From contig CAWCRS010000005.1 in the NCBI GenBank assembly GCA_963798085.1, positions 13,880-77,879 on the forward strand: DNA of 64,000 nucleotides. Direction: 5' to 3'. The stretch is from an uncultured Gemmatimonadales bacterium (lineage in GTDB: Bacteria > Gemmatimonadota > Gemmatimonadetes > Longimicrobiales > RSA9). Shown here one piece after another: positions 9,172-24,161 of the stretch. A program made the position numbers and the translations under genes. A model generated the notes under the pieces. The model had not been told where the DNA came from. It made no database searches and saw only the letters and a list, made by a program, of their open reading frames with translations. The stretch's first letter is position 1. Every line of letters begins with the position of its first letter.

Positions 9172-11563
9172 CTATCCCTGATTTCTGCGGATTTCGAAAT
9201 CGGTGGGCGGATCGATGCCCAGCAGCCACTTCACGAAATAATCCCAGGTGCGGCGGATCACGTACGGTTCGCCGGCAAAGCCGTGATTGCGATTCGGCAG
9301 CACCAGCAGATCGAAGTTCTTGTTGGCCTTGATCAGCTCGTCGATCACGAGCTGCGTGTTGTTGGGGTGCACGTTATCATCGAGCGTGCCGTACATGAGA
9401 TACAGATGGCCCTTCAGGTTCTTCGCCAGGTTCTGGTTGGCCTGGCTGTCGAAGTTGTCCCCACCCTGCGGGCTCTTCTTCACCTGCCCCTGATACTTCT
9501 CGCCCCACGTGTAGTCGTAGCTGCGATTGTCGTGATTGCCCGCGCTCGAGACGGCGACCTTGAAGAAATCCGGGTAGCGAAGGATGGCATCGGTGGAAGA
9601 GAAGCCGCCGCCGGAATGGCCGAAGATGCCGACCCGGCCAATGTCGATGTACGGGTATTTCGCACCCAGCCCCTTGATCACGGCAACGTGATCGGGCAGG
9701 CCGTTGTCTCCCATGTTGCCATAATAGGAGTCATGGAACGCCTTGGAGCGGAGCGGCGTGCCCATGGCGTCCAGCTGCACCACGACGAAGCCCAGCTCGG
9801 CGAGCGCCTGCGCATCGCCGCGGGGCGCCACGGTGAAGGTGCGTGCTCCGATGGCGCCCACCTGGGGGCCCGGATAAATGTAGTCAATGATCGGGTACTG
9901 CTTCGCGGGATCGAAATTCGACGGGCGGTAGAGCAATCCGTAAATGTCTGTTATACCGTCCCGGCCCTTCAGGTTGAAGCGTTCGGGCCATTTCGCGCCC
10001 AGGGCTGCATACTCGGAAACATCGCTCTCCTGCACGGTCATGGCGACGCTGCCATCAGGACGGCGCAGCACGGTTACCGGCGGCAGATCACGCCGGGAAT
10101 AGCGAATCAATGAAATAGTGGCCGGATGGCGAGGCGTTGATCTGATGATCCGCATCCTCGGGCGTCAGCAATGTCAGCCCGGTGCCATCCAGTCCGACGC
10201 GATACAGGTTGCGGAAATACGGATCGCGACCCGGCTCGCGGCCGCCCGCGGTGAACCAGACCTGTCGTGTGGCCTCGTCCACTTTCAGCACATCGAGCAC
10301 CACCCACGGTCCTTCCGTGATGCGGTTCTTCAGCTTGCCGGTCTGTGCATCGAACAGATAGAGGTGTCCCCACCCATCGCGCTCGGAGAACCAGATCACC
10401 TCGCGATTGCCGTTGATGACGCGCCAGTTGGGAAAGCCACCGCTCTCCAGGTTGAACTCCACGAATGTCGGGCTGGTCTCGCTCAGGATCGTGTTCGCCT
10501 GGCCGGTGCGCAGATCGAGGTGCACCAGGTCGAACTTCTTGAAGTCGCGCTGGCCGTGCGTGTAGTAGAAGTCGTCGCTGCCACTGCCCCACTGTGCGTC
10601 CTTCCAGAGCGTGTCCGACGTGAACCAGCAGCAGCTCGTGTTCACGGCATCCTGAAAGCCGCGTGGCGAGCGCGTCTGCTTCTGCGACAGCACATCGAAC
10701 ACGTCGACCTCGTAGCGCGGCACCACCGAATCGCCGGGCAGCGCGTACTTGTACGGGTGCAGAATGGGCCGGCCCACGTGCGTCTCCAGCAGGTACAGGT
10801 CCTTCACGTTGCGCTCATCCAGCTTGTACGTGCCGATCTTCTTCGAATCGGCTGACCACGCCAGGATAGGGCGCTTCTGCGTGTGCAGGCGAACGCTGGT
10901 CACCGCATCGCAGCACGCCTGCGGGTTCACCGCGTAGCCGAAGTCCTTCTCGCCATCCTTGCTCAGCTGGGTCTCCTGCCCGCTGGCCACGTTGCGCACG
11001 TACAGATTCTCGTCGCGCTCGAACGCCACCCACTTGCCGTCCGGCGACTTCGCTTCGCTGATGCGTCGCCGGTCCGGTTTGTCACTGCGGCAGGTGTACG
11101 CCGTCAGATCGCACAGGTAGCCGCGTGTCGTGTCCAGCGCCACACGCAGCCCTTTCCCGCCGTCCGTGTATTCGAACGTGGTGAAGGGCAGCTTCTCCGC
11201 GATGTAGGACGTGTCCGCGGCGAGAGAAAGCGCCGCGGCGAGGCGCACGTGATCGAAAGCAGGCTTGCGCGTGCGCGTGACTGGATCGATCACCACGAAC
11301 TCGGTGCCGGTCTTCGTTCGATTGCGGTACCAGAAGCGATCGTTGTCGAGCCATGTCGGTGCCACGGCATCGCCTGCCACCAGCGACCGCGCATTCACAC
11401 CGAGGAAACGCTCCGCGCGTTCGTAATCGGCGCGCGTGCCCTGGGCTGCGAGCGGGCGTGCCAGTGGCAGCAGTGCAGGCAGCACGAGCGTCCACACGAG
11501 ACAGCGCCGGCAGCTTCGGCCGCGACGGGAACGCGAACGGGCGTCGTCGCCTGACATCAACAT
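9172..11563 (-). CDS. S9-family serine peptidase (DPP-IV-like propeller plus alpha/beta hydrolase), frameshifted at about 10102
   Basis: The propeller half is ORF 10088..11563 and the catalytic half is ORF 9172..10155 ('GHSGGGFSS', 'DDNVHPNNT', 'NRNHGF'). Deleting one base in minus-strand 'tcg c tat' joins 'GHYFIDS' to 'YSRRDLPPVTVLR'. This is colinear with the paralog at 15309-17781. Confidence 0.8.
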
Positions 11564-11832
11564 AATGCATCCTCCACGTGGGTCGAACCGGCCTGGGGTT
11601 CCGGCACCGCGCGCGCGCGCAGTGTCCGGCCACCTGTGTCCGTGCAGGCCTGCCGGTTCCGGCAGTCGCGGGAATCGGCAGCAATGCGCATTGCGAGGAC
11701 GCCAGGACGGTCCGAAGGTTTGCTTTCCGGAGGTGTGTGACCACGATTCTGCACGCGCCGCTGGCGCGCGTCAATCATGCGGGGACAGCAACGGCGCGAG
11801 AGCAGCGCCGGCGGGAGCGGAAACGGTCGGCT

Positions 11833-15097
<3,265 letters not shown>

Positions 15098-15109
15098 GCA
15101 GGCTCAAGC

Positions 15110-15220
15110 TTAGAGGCTCTTTTCGCGTTCCTTGCGGATGGCCGTCCATGCAATCAGGACGAAGCCACCCCACACGATCCCGGCGACCACAATGAATGTG
15201 ATGATTGCAGAGAGATTCAT
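15110..15220 (-). CDS. 36-aa single-pass membrane micro-protein (MetS-like small subunit?)
   Basis: Hand translation gives ATG 15218-15220, 'MNLSAIITFIVVAGIVWGGFVLIAWTAIRKEREKSL', TAA at 15110-15112. It has one hydrophobic helix with a central WGG and a basic tail. It is too short for the ORF track and sits 13 nt upstream of the carB start. Confidence 0.4.
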   Translation of the reverse strand: MNLSAIITFIVVAGIVWGGFVLIAWTAIRKEREKSL

Positions 15221-15308
15221 TTTCTTCCCGTTCGCGGTCCCCGAAAACTATGCGAATCGGCCCCTCGCGCAACTCCCAGCGCGAGGGGCCGGATTCGACC
15301 GGGCCGGC

Positions 15309-17781
15309 TCAGCTGCCGGTCCGCTTGAGGTCGAACTCGCGCGGCGGATCCGCCTCCAGCAGCCAGCGCACGAAATAGTCCCAGCGCCGGCGGACATAGT
15401 AGGTGTCGCCCAGGCCGTGCGAATGATCGGGCGCGAGGATGAAGTCGAAATCCTTGTTGGCCTTGATCAGTGCATCAATGACCTGGATGGTGTTGGCCGG
15501 GTGCACATTGTCATCCATGTCACCGGCCATCAGCAGCGAGATGTCCCTTGAGGTTGCCCGCCAGCGTCTTGTTGGCGGACGCCTCGAAGTTGTCCTTCCC
15601 GGTGATGCTGTCCTTCTTCAGCAGTCCCTCGTACTTCTCTGCCCAGTAGATGTTGTAGCTGCGGTTGTCGTGATTGCCGGCGCCGGACACGGCCACCTTG
15701 AAGAAGTCCGGGAAGCGCAGCATGGCATCGGTCGACGCAAAGCCACCGCCCGAGTGGCCGTAGATGCCTACGTGGTTGATATCAATGTAGCTGTGCATGG
15801 CCGCGAGCTGCTTGATGCCCGTCACATGGTCGGCCAGGCCGTTGTCACCGAAGAAACCGTAATAGTTGTCGTGGAATGCCTTCGAACGGAGCGGCGTGCC
15901 CAGGTGGTCGATCTCGACGACGATGAAGCCCAGCTCCGTCAGCGCGCGCTCCTCACCACCGACCGACCACGCCCACTGCCCCACGCTGCCGACCTGCGGG
16001 CCAGGATAGATGTGATCGATGATCGGATAGGACTTCGTCGAATCGAAATTGGATGGCGTGAACATCACGCCGTAGATGTCCGTGATGCCATCCCTCGCCT
16101 TGACGCTGAACACCTGCGCCGGCGTCCAGCCGATCGCCTTCAGCTGGCTGATATCCGACTCCTCCAGCTTCTTCAGCACGTGACCGTCCAGCGCGGAGCG
16201 CAGCACGGTCACCGGCGGCGTCTCGATGCGTGAGTACGTGTCGACAATGAACTTGCCGCTGGGTGAGAAGCGGATCACGTGGTTCGCGTCTTCCGGCGTC
16301 AGCAGCTCCATGCCCGTGCCGTCGAAATTCGCGCGGTAGAGGTGCGCATAGTAAATGTTGTGGCCCGGCTCGCGGCCGCGCGCCGTGAAGTACAACTGCT
16401 TCTTCACGTCATCCACGTAATAGACGTCGCCGGCGGCCCAGGCGCCGGACGTGATCTGGTTCTTCAGTACCGGGTCGGCAGCAATGGTGGGCGGCGCCAG
16501 TTCGAATGGCAGCACTGTGCCGTCATAGTCGTGCGCAGGCTGCAGCGCGCCGGCATTGGGGCCCACCCCACCACGTCCACCACTCTCCGTGCTCACCGCA
16601 CTGCGCGTGGTGCCACCTGCATCGAAGCGCCACAAATGCGGCCAGCCATCGCGCTCCGACCACCAGATCACGTCGCCTGCCTGTGTCACCGTCCAGCTGG
16701 GACGTCCCTGCGGGTTGGTCTCCACCCACGTGCGCGCTGAGTCCTTTGCCAGGATGCGCGTGGCGCCTGTTTCCGCATCCGCCTCGACCAGATACTGACT
16801 CTTCGACGCGCGCGTCTGGTAGTAAAAGCGGAATTTCTTCGAGTCGGGCGTCCAGATGGAGTCGATCGGCGAGCCGCCCAGTGACAGCTGATTCGGCGTG
16901 GGACTCAGATTCAGCGCGACGTTGCGCTTCGATGCGACGTCGATGATCTGGATGTTGGGGATGGGCACAATGGAGTCGCCGGGCAGCGCATAGGGCTGCG
17001 AGAAATACTGCGGGCGCTGCGACGTGTACGAGATGTACGGCATGTGCAGCACGCGGCGGAAATCCTGACGGTAGACGATCAGCTTCTTCGAGTCCGGCGA
17101 CCAGCGCACCTGCGCGCGCGGCGGCGGCACCTTCCCCTTGCTGGTGAGCAGCTGGAACGGCCCGGGCTCGCCGGCGCCGTACGACCAGTACTTCACGCCG
17201 TCGGTGGTCAGCTGCGTCGAATCCCCGCCACCCTTCTTGCGCAGCCACAGGTTGTAATTGCTGTAAAACGCTTCCATGGTCGAGTCGGGCGAGCCCACAT
17301 AACGGCTGACGCTCGCCAGTGTGTCACCGACCGTGCACGTGTAGTTGCTCAGCGCACAGTGGAAGCGCTTCTTGCTCGCGTTGAACTCAATGGCGCGTTC
17401 GTTGTCCACCAGGTCGAAGTTGGTGAAGGGCAGCTTGTAGCCAATGTAGGACGTGTCGTTGGCGAGCGACATGGCGGCGGCGAGCTTCGCGTGGTCGAAC
17501 AGGGGCGCCCGCGTGAGCCGCACAGGGTCCACCAGGATGAACTCCGACCCCGACATGGTGCGGCTGCGGTACCAGAAGCGGCTGCCGTCCTTCATGAACA
17601 CCGGGTTTGCCTGATCGCCCGCGACCAGGTCATTGCCGTTGAGAATGCGTTCCGCCCGCTGATAATCCGCGAGCGTGCCCTGTGCGGCCACGGGTCGCGG
17701 CAGCAGCGGCGCGGCCGCGAGGAGCAGCACGGCGAGCCGGGCACGCCGCAGCGCCCCGGAGGTGGCTGTCCCAGTAATCAT
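15309..17781 (-). CDS. S9-family serine peptidase paralog, frameshifted at about 15537
   Basis: ORF 15520..17781 (signal peptide, propeller, 'GHSGGGFAS') ends prematurely at 'NLKGHLAADGR*'. ORF 15309..15530 carries the missing 'DDNVHPANT...HSHG' (catalytic Asp/His). Removing one base restores 'KGHLLLMAGDMDDNVHP', matching the paralog's 'KGHLYLMYGTLDDNVHP'. Confidence 0.8.
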
Positions 17782-17942
17782 GACTTGTCTCCGTTCCTGG
17801 TGGGTAAAGCGAGTCTGGCATCGAAATGACGACCGGCGGCGGGGGTGATTCCGGTCGAACCACCTGCAAATTGCAGCACAATGAAATGCGACGCCAGCCC
17901 CCCTTGTTCTCCGCGCACCACCAGCGGGCCGTCAAAACAAAT

Positions 17943-17966
17943 GGGGCAGGCCTCTCGGCCTGCCCC
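17943..17966 (-). terminator. Intrinsic terminator-like hairpin downstream of the SusD-like gene
   Basis: Perfect 10-bp stem ggggcaggcc/ggcctgcccc with loop tctc. On the minus strand it is followed by 'atttgttttg'. It lies about 35 nt after the stop at 18000. Confidence 0.55.
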
Positions 17967-17999
17967 AATTTGCCCGGATGGAAACCGGAATCTGGCGAA

Positions 18000-19308
18000 C
18001 TAGCTGAGTCTCGGGCAGGTCCGAGGCAGCGAGATATTCGGATTGACGGTCGCCTCTGTGCCGTTCAGCGGGGCCTTCGTGCTGTAGCCCGTCCCAATGA
18101 CGCTGGGGAACAGGTTGAAGCGGTACAGATCGTTGGCCCGTTGCGCCTCGAGGAACAACGTCGCGAAACGCTCCTCGAGCAGCCTGTCCAGCACGCCCTG
18201 CGAGGTGCCCGGATTCGTCAGATCAGGCAGACCGACATCGTGGCGCACCTTGTTCATGCTGGCGATCGCATTGGGGAAATCGCCGTTGTGCCAGTAGACC
18301 TCGGCCTCGATCAGGCGCATTTCACGCCAGCTGGCGAGGATGATGTCGTCATTGCGGGTCTTGTACTTGTCCTGGCTGAAGAACAGCGTGTGACCGTCCA
18401 CGCCCAGGCGGTTGCCCACGCGGAACAGGATCGGAATGCGCGGATCCGGCATGCCACTCCACTTGTCGATGAAGTAGTCCTTGCCGTTCGCGTTGGTGGT
18501 GTCCACCTGCGCCCAACGACGGCTGTCCAGTCCGGCCGCCTTGTTCTCCGGATAGTGATTGAGCGTCACGAACGAGTTCTGGCTGCTCGCGTCGGAGAAC
18601 CGGGCGTAGTAGAAGAACCCGTCGGGCACGGCCTGCGCATCCGTCAGCGCTTCCGCGTACTTGCCAACCATCAACTCGGCGCGCGCCTTGCCCGCCTGAG
18701 CGAAATTCTTGTACGCGGTCTGGTTCGCGCCCTGCGCCACCGTCATCGCGTTGGCCAGCTTGGTGATGGCGAGCTGGTACATGGCGGTGTCCGAAACCGC
18801 CGGACCGCCTGGCTCGGCCACGCTCTCGCAATTCTCCATGGCCATCAGCAGGTTGGCCCAGCCCTCGACGACGGACGCAACGGACAGGTACTTGCCCACG
18901 TCGGTCCCGATACGCGTCATGCACCTTGTTGAAGCGTTCCACGCCCTTTTGCGCGGCCGTACGAACGCCGAGCCAGCTTCCCTCGGCGCCGGCGTCACCC
19001 GAGGCGGGCGGCGGACGCCACTTGCCGTGATCGGCGTCCTCGTAGCCCGCCCATGTGCCCGTGTGCATCAGCTCATCGCTCAGCAACCCGCTGTTAATGG
19101 CAAACGTGGCGATGGAGAACTGGAGGTCGCCCTCCAGGCCGGCAGCGATCGCCGGCAGCGCGTTGGGCACGTCCAGTGATTCGTCAATGAAACGGGAGGG
19201 GTCCTCGACCTTCAGGGCATCCTTGATATTGCACCCCGCGAGCAGTCCGCAGAATGCCAGCCCGAGGATGACCCGGCCCGCTTCCCGGGTCTTCGTTCTC
19301 GAATGCAT
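18000..19308 (-). CDS. RagB/SusD-family outer membrane lipoprotein, frameshifted at about 18921
   Basis: N-terminal lipobox 'GLLAGC' and the SusD-like start are in ORF 18349..19359 (ATG 19306-19308). The remainder is in ORF 18000..18998. Deleting one base in minus-strand 'gtg c atg' joins 'ERFNKV' to 'MTRIGTDVGKYLSVASVVEGWANLL'. It lies immediately downstream of a SusC-like gene. Confidence 0.75.
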
Positions 19309-19384
19309 AGCCTCTTTCCTCTGGTTTTGGCCACCGTTGTCCCGCGTGGGCGGCAACAACTGCCGCCCACGCGGGGTCGAGTTG

Positions 19385-22353
19385 TCAGAACAATGTGCGT
19401 ACGCTCAACAGGAACTGCCGGGGCTGCGGCATTGCCAGGAAGCCGGCGTCCACCGAGAAGTCCGCACCGCCCGTGTAGTTCATGTTAGGATCGAGGCAGT
19501 GGCAGTTATCCCACCACTGGAGGTTCTTGCCCGCCAGCGTGATCGTGGTGCCGCCGAGGCCGAAACGGCTGGTGAACGAGGACGGCATGCGGTACGTCAC
19601 CGTCAACTCGCGCAGACGCCAGTTGGCGCGCGGATCCACCGTGCTGAAGTTGTTCATGTAATCGAACAGCGAGTCCGACTGGAACGTCCGCATCTGCGTC
19701 TCGACGCACTTGGTCGTGCACTTCGAGTAGTCGAGCAGCGAGAGGTACTCGTCGCCCGTGCGGAAGCGCACACGGTACGGACGGTCCGAGTTGCCGAAGT
19801 AGGCACCCGCCTCACGCGTGATCAGCACGTTGGCGCGGAAGGCACCCAGCGTCAGCTCGTTGCCCAGCGAGAGGTTGAACGTGGGCAGCGCCGGCCCGAT
19901 GTAGATGGCCGTGTCGGAACGGGTGTGCTTGATGGTCGTGGCATTGAACGCCACCGGCACCACGGCGCGTTCACCGCGCACCGGCAGGCCGAGGCGCAGG
20001 CCGCCGCGGATCTTGATGATCGTGTCGGTCGCCGGGTCGCGGCCCAGGTCCGTGATCTCGTTGAAGTTGCGGTCGGCACGAACGTCCCACGACCAGCGCA
20101 GGTTCTTGCTCTCGACCGGCGTGAACCGGAACGAGCCTTCCCAGCCGTGGTTCTGCAGCTCGCCAATGTTCGAGTTCGGCGCACTGCCGAAGGACTGGCT
20201 GGGCGGAATCGGATGCGCACCAGCGCGTCCTTGGTGATCGACTTGTAGACCGTGAAGTCGGCGCCGATGCGGTCGTTCAGAACGCCCGCCTCGAATCCGC
20301 CTTCGAACTCCGTGGTCTTCTCGGGCGACAGCTGCGGGTTACCCTGCTGGCTGGCGCGCACCGCGTTCTGGTCATCGAGGGCCACGAACGGCGAGAAGGT
20401 CTGGAACTTGTCGAACGCGCCCGGGGCCAGACCGGAGGTGCCGACCGCACCACGCAGGCGCAGCTGGCTGAACAGGCTGGGCACGAACGTTTCGTTGGAC
20501 ATGTCGTAGGACAGCTGGACGTTCGGGTATGTCTGGTAGCCGTAGTTGTCACCGAACGCGCTGTTGCCGTCCACGCGGATGCCCGTCGTCAGGAACAGCT
20601 TGTCGTGGAATGCGATGCGGTTCTGGCCGTAGAAGCCGATCTGCACGCGTTCCGTGAAGCTCTCGGTCGCTTCCTTCACGGAGCCGCCGCCCACCGTGCT
20701 GACGCCGGGCGCCGCGTAGTTGCGGCCAATGGCGAAGTTGGTGCGCTGCGAATCCCAGAAGCCCTGGGCGCCGAAGGACAGCTGGGCATTGAGCTGGCTG
20801 CTCAGCGTGTACTTCAGGGTGCCGAGGTAGTCGAGCGTGAGGGTGCGCGAGTTGCGATAGCCGAGCGCCTTCTCACCCGACGGAATGTACACGTACGCGT
20901 AACCGAACGGCGTGAAGCGGATCTTTTCCTCGTTCACCTGGTCGAGACCGACCTGGAACTTGTTGGTGAAGATCTCGGCCGGGTTGTAATTGAGTGTCAG
21001 GCCGCCCGTCCACCGGACCGCGTCATCGAACGTGTCCATGTCCTTGATGGCCGAGACGCTCTCCCACGGCTCGCCGTAGGGTCGGTCCTCGGTGGGGCAG
21101 GACGTGCTGAGCGAGCATGCCTGGAAGGGCACGCCCAGCAGCGCGTTGCCGAGCAGCGAAGCCCAGTTGTTGCCCGACTGCAGCGAGGCGATACGGTTGC
21201 GCGTGAACGCCGAGGTGGCGTCGAAGGACAGCTTGTTGCCGCGCAGCCAGTGCAGGTTGAGGCGCAGGTTGCCGCGCCGCGACCAGTTGGGCTGAATGGA
21301 GCCCTCTTCATCGGTGTAGCCGCCGGACACGAAGTACGTGACGGAGTTGCCGCCGCCCTGTACGGTCACGTCCGCGCCGCCGTACCCACCATTGTTGATC
21401 AGGTGGTCATTGGCATCCCAGGCCTGGAAGCCATCGGGCCCCGTGAACTTGGGATACGTCGTCGTCTGGAAGTTGCCGCGATAGCGCTGGTAGCCGCCGG
21501 TGACACCGACGCTCCACCGCGGGGCGCTGTCATTACGGCCCTTCTTGGTGAAGATCTGGATCACGCCGTTGGAGCCCTCGGAGCCGTACAACGTGCCGGC
21601 TGCCGGGCCCTTGACGACCTCGATGCGCTCGATGTCGGCAGGGTTGATGTCGCTCAGGCGGTCCTGGCCGGCGCCGCCGTCAACGGAGCAGCAGGAATTG
21701 CCGGTCGTGCCCCATTCCGTCTGGCGCGTGTCCACGCGCACGCCGTCCACGTAGATCACGGGGCGCTGGTTCAGGCTGAAGCTGGACATGCCGCGAATGC
21801 GCAGGTCACGGCTGGAGCCGACGCCGCCCACCGTGCCGATCGAGCGCACGCCGGGAATCCTCGCCTGCAGCACGGACCCGACGTCCGCCACGGGCACCTG
21901 CTCCTGGATCTTGGCGACGTCCACGGACGCCACGGTTGCACCAATGGCTCTGCGTTCGACCGCGCCCGCCGTACCGGTGACCACCACTTCCTGCAGCGAA
22001 ACGGCCGACACGGCCATGTCGAAATCGACCTGTGCCGTCCCGCCCGCTTCCACCGTCACCTGTTTGTCAATGGTGCGGTAGCCAATGTACACGGCCTGCA
22101 CCTGGTGCTGTCCCGGCGGTACTGCCGGAACCAGGAACCGGCCCCGGCCGTCCGTCAGACCGCCGCGGTTGGTTCCCACAACGGACACCTGGACGCCGTT
22201 GAGCGGCTGTCCGGTGGATTTGTCCGTCACTGTCCCGGTCACGGTCCCCGTCTGGGCCTGGGTCGTGCCGGCGAGCAGTGCCAGACCGAGCACGCTCCCC
22301 AGTACGCCGGGCAACCATCGAGTCCGTGCAACCCGACTCCGTGGGTCTCCCAT
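19385..22353 (-). CDS. SusC/RagA-type TonB-dependent receptor, frameshifted at about 20222
   Basis: ATG at 22351-22353 preceded by 'ggaggagaggag'. Signal peptide, carboxypeptidase-regulatory-like domain ('GTVTGTVTDKSTGQPLNGVQVSV'), plug and barrel. The C-terminal ORF 19385..19981 ends in the typical aromatic residue ('SVRTLF'). One base appears to be missing in 'cgc at ccg att ccg', which should read '...KDALVRIPIPPSQSFG'. Confidence 0.8.
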
Positions 22354-22771
22354 ACTCAGGTCTCCTCTCCTCCGGTGGATGAAAAAACAGCCTGAACGAA
22401 AACGAACCGGGTCGATGGCCGGAGGGGCCACCGACGAACACTGTCATTACAACGCGCGACGGTCGCAGTACGAGACACGGGATGCAATTGTGGGTGCAGC
22501 AGTCCTCCTCGAGCAAAGCTCCAGTGCCAATGGCGCCGTCAGGCCACGATTTGCGTCTGTCGCGTTCCGCGCGACGCTGCGTCGCGCAGTCCCCCTTGCG
22601 GAGCCCCGCTGCGCTTCGCCCGGCCAGCCCGGTGGCCGCCGGGCAGCGCGCCGCGCTCCGTGCTGCGGCCCGGCCGGCGCACGCCGTCGGCGGGGCGTCG
22701 ATTTGCGGCCCGATGCAGGGGCTGCGTGAGTGCTCGGGGGTTGCTGCGCGCCGCTGCGAGCGCGGCCGGTA

Positions 22772-23020
22772 CTACGTCGTCTTGTGCGTCGAGTCGGGCA
22801 GAACCACGACCTGGGTGTCGGGCAGGTTGAGTTTGCGGAAGCGCGCGACGTCGCTGCGCTTCTCGCCGTGCATGAACACGCCCATCCGTTCGAGGGGCTC
22901 CTTGGAGTATCCGCGATGGTCGTACGACGGCGGATCGCCGCAGGCGGCGAGCAGCAGGACCAGGCCGAGACAGCGCCAGGCAGAGCGCGGATTCACGATC
23001 CTCCTCGGGTTTACGGACAC
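22772..23020 (-). CDS. Small putative lipoprotein
   Basis: 82-aa ORF with the lipobox-like 'LLLAAC' after a basic N-terminus. No recognisable family. Confidence 0.45.
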   Translation of the reverse strand: MSVNPRRIVNPRSAWRCLGLVLLLAACGDPPSYDHRGYSKEPLERMGVFMHGEKRSDVARFRKLNLPDTQVVVLPDSTHKTT

Positions 23021-23080
23021 GGCGCGCGCAATATGGGGGGGTGGGTGGCTGGGCGCTACCCCTGGTGGGGCTTCGCCCCC

Positions 23081-23170
23081 GTTTCCGGTTTCTCGGGCTG
23101 GGGCTGGGCTCGGGCACGGCGTGGCTCGGGCTGGGTTGCCGGGGCTGGTTGCTCGGGAACGGCGAACGGA
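23081..23170 (+). repeat. GC-rich dispersed repeat, copy A
   Basis: 'gtttccggtttctcgggctggggctgggctcgggcacggcgtggctcgggctgggttgccggggctggttgctcgggaacggcgaacgg'. Matches the reverse complement of 37171-37280 (hand counts 27/32 and about 41/47 in two blocks, separated by a ~17-nt insertion in the other copy). Also matches 36954-37012 on the same strand, with an internal deletion there. Confidence 0.7.
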
Positions 23171-23583
23171 TCTGGGGGTCCTGGAATGCGTGTTCGCCTG
23201 ACTGTGCGTTCGTGCACGCGGCTGGAACGGTCGGCCGCGGGCGACGGCGCAGGCCCGGCACCTCCGCTGGTGTGGGTCAGGACGTCGTGCGGGAGCAAAC
23301 GGTATGCTGCAGACGTCGCGTTAGGAGTACAACGCCGCGGTGTTGCGTGCTGCGCTCCTCATCGACAAGGGACAAAGGCCTCGCAATTTCGATACGAATC
23401 ACGCTCGCAGTCGGGGTTCGGGCGCACTGTTGTCAGCTGATAGTCTGTTCCAGCGGTATTTCCCTGCCCTGGTTGTTGGATTGTGCCGCGACTATCATTG
23501 CGACACTTGACTTTATAGTCCGCATATATGCTTTTATCCGCGCACCCCCGACACAACAGCACGTCCACAGAGAGGGGCACAGA

Positions 23584-24072
23584 ATGGCAAAGATCAGTGA
23601 CCGTGTCATGGAAATGGTGCGCCGGGAAATTGGGAAGAACCCGGACGTGACAAGCGGCACACTGTACGACCAGGCGCGGAAACTGGATCGTTCGATCAGT
23701 TCGCTGGACCTGCGACAGTTCCACGCGCGGTACCCGTTGCAGGTACGGCGATCGATGAAGGGCGGGAAGCGCAAGGCGGCCGCGAAGCGCGCCGGCAGGC
23801 CTCCGGCAACGGTCGCTGCGGCGCCGATCATCCGGCGGCGTGGCCGTCCGCCGAAGAACGCGGCGCTCGCGGCGGTTTCCGCCGCTGCCGTGCCGGCGTC
23901 GAAAGCAGCGGCAGCGCCCAGGGCCGGCACAGCCACGGACCGCAATGCACTGCGCAATGTTCTGCTGGAGTTCGCGGGGGTTGTTGCGCGAGCCGAGAAC
24001 AAGGTCGACGTGATCACAGTAATCGGCGGGCTCGAGGGCTGGGTCGACAGGATCATGAAGGCCGCCAGCTGA
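23584..24072 (+). CDS. Small basic protein with two AT-hook-like GRP motifs (putative DNA-binding/nucleoid-associated)
   Basis: ATG 23584, 'MAKISDRVMEMVRREIGKNP...'. A central K/R/A/P-rich linker carries 'KRAGRPP' and 'RRRGRPPKN'. The upstream part of track ORF 23041..24072 is repeat and AT-richer non-coding sequence. Confidence 0.6.
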   Translation: MAKISDRVMEMVRREIGKNPDVTSGTLYDQARKLDRSISSLDLRQFHARYPLQVRRSMKGGKRKAAAKRAGRPPATVAAAPIIRRRGRPPKNAALAAVSAAAVPASKAAAAPRAGTATDRNALRNVLLEFAGVVARAENKVDVITVIGGLEGWVDRIMKAAS

Positions 24073-24129
24073 CCTGACTCGCGATTACGCCGTTCTGCAG
24101 TTCCTGAGCGAATGGTCCTGCTCACGAAT

Positions 24130-24161
24130 GTGACGGCGCTGCCCGGAGGCGGCGCCGTCAC
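24130..24161. terminator. Hairpin between convergent genes (possible bidirectional terminator)
   Basis: 14-bp stem (one G-U pair) pairing 24130-24143 with 24148-24161, loop 'cgga'. It overlaps the stop codon of the HD-domain gene. Confidence 0.45.

Noticed and set aside
23041-24072. 343-aa ORF including 'GLGLGSGTAWLGLGCRGWLLGNG'
   Set aside because: The N-terminal two-thirds is the translated GC-rich repeat plus the AT-richer spacer. Only the part from ATG 23584 looks like a protein.
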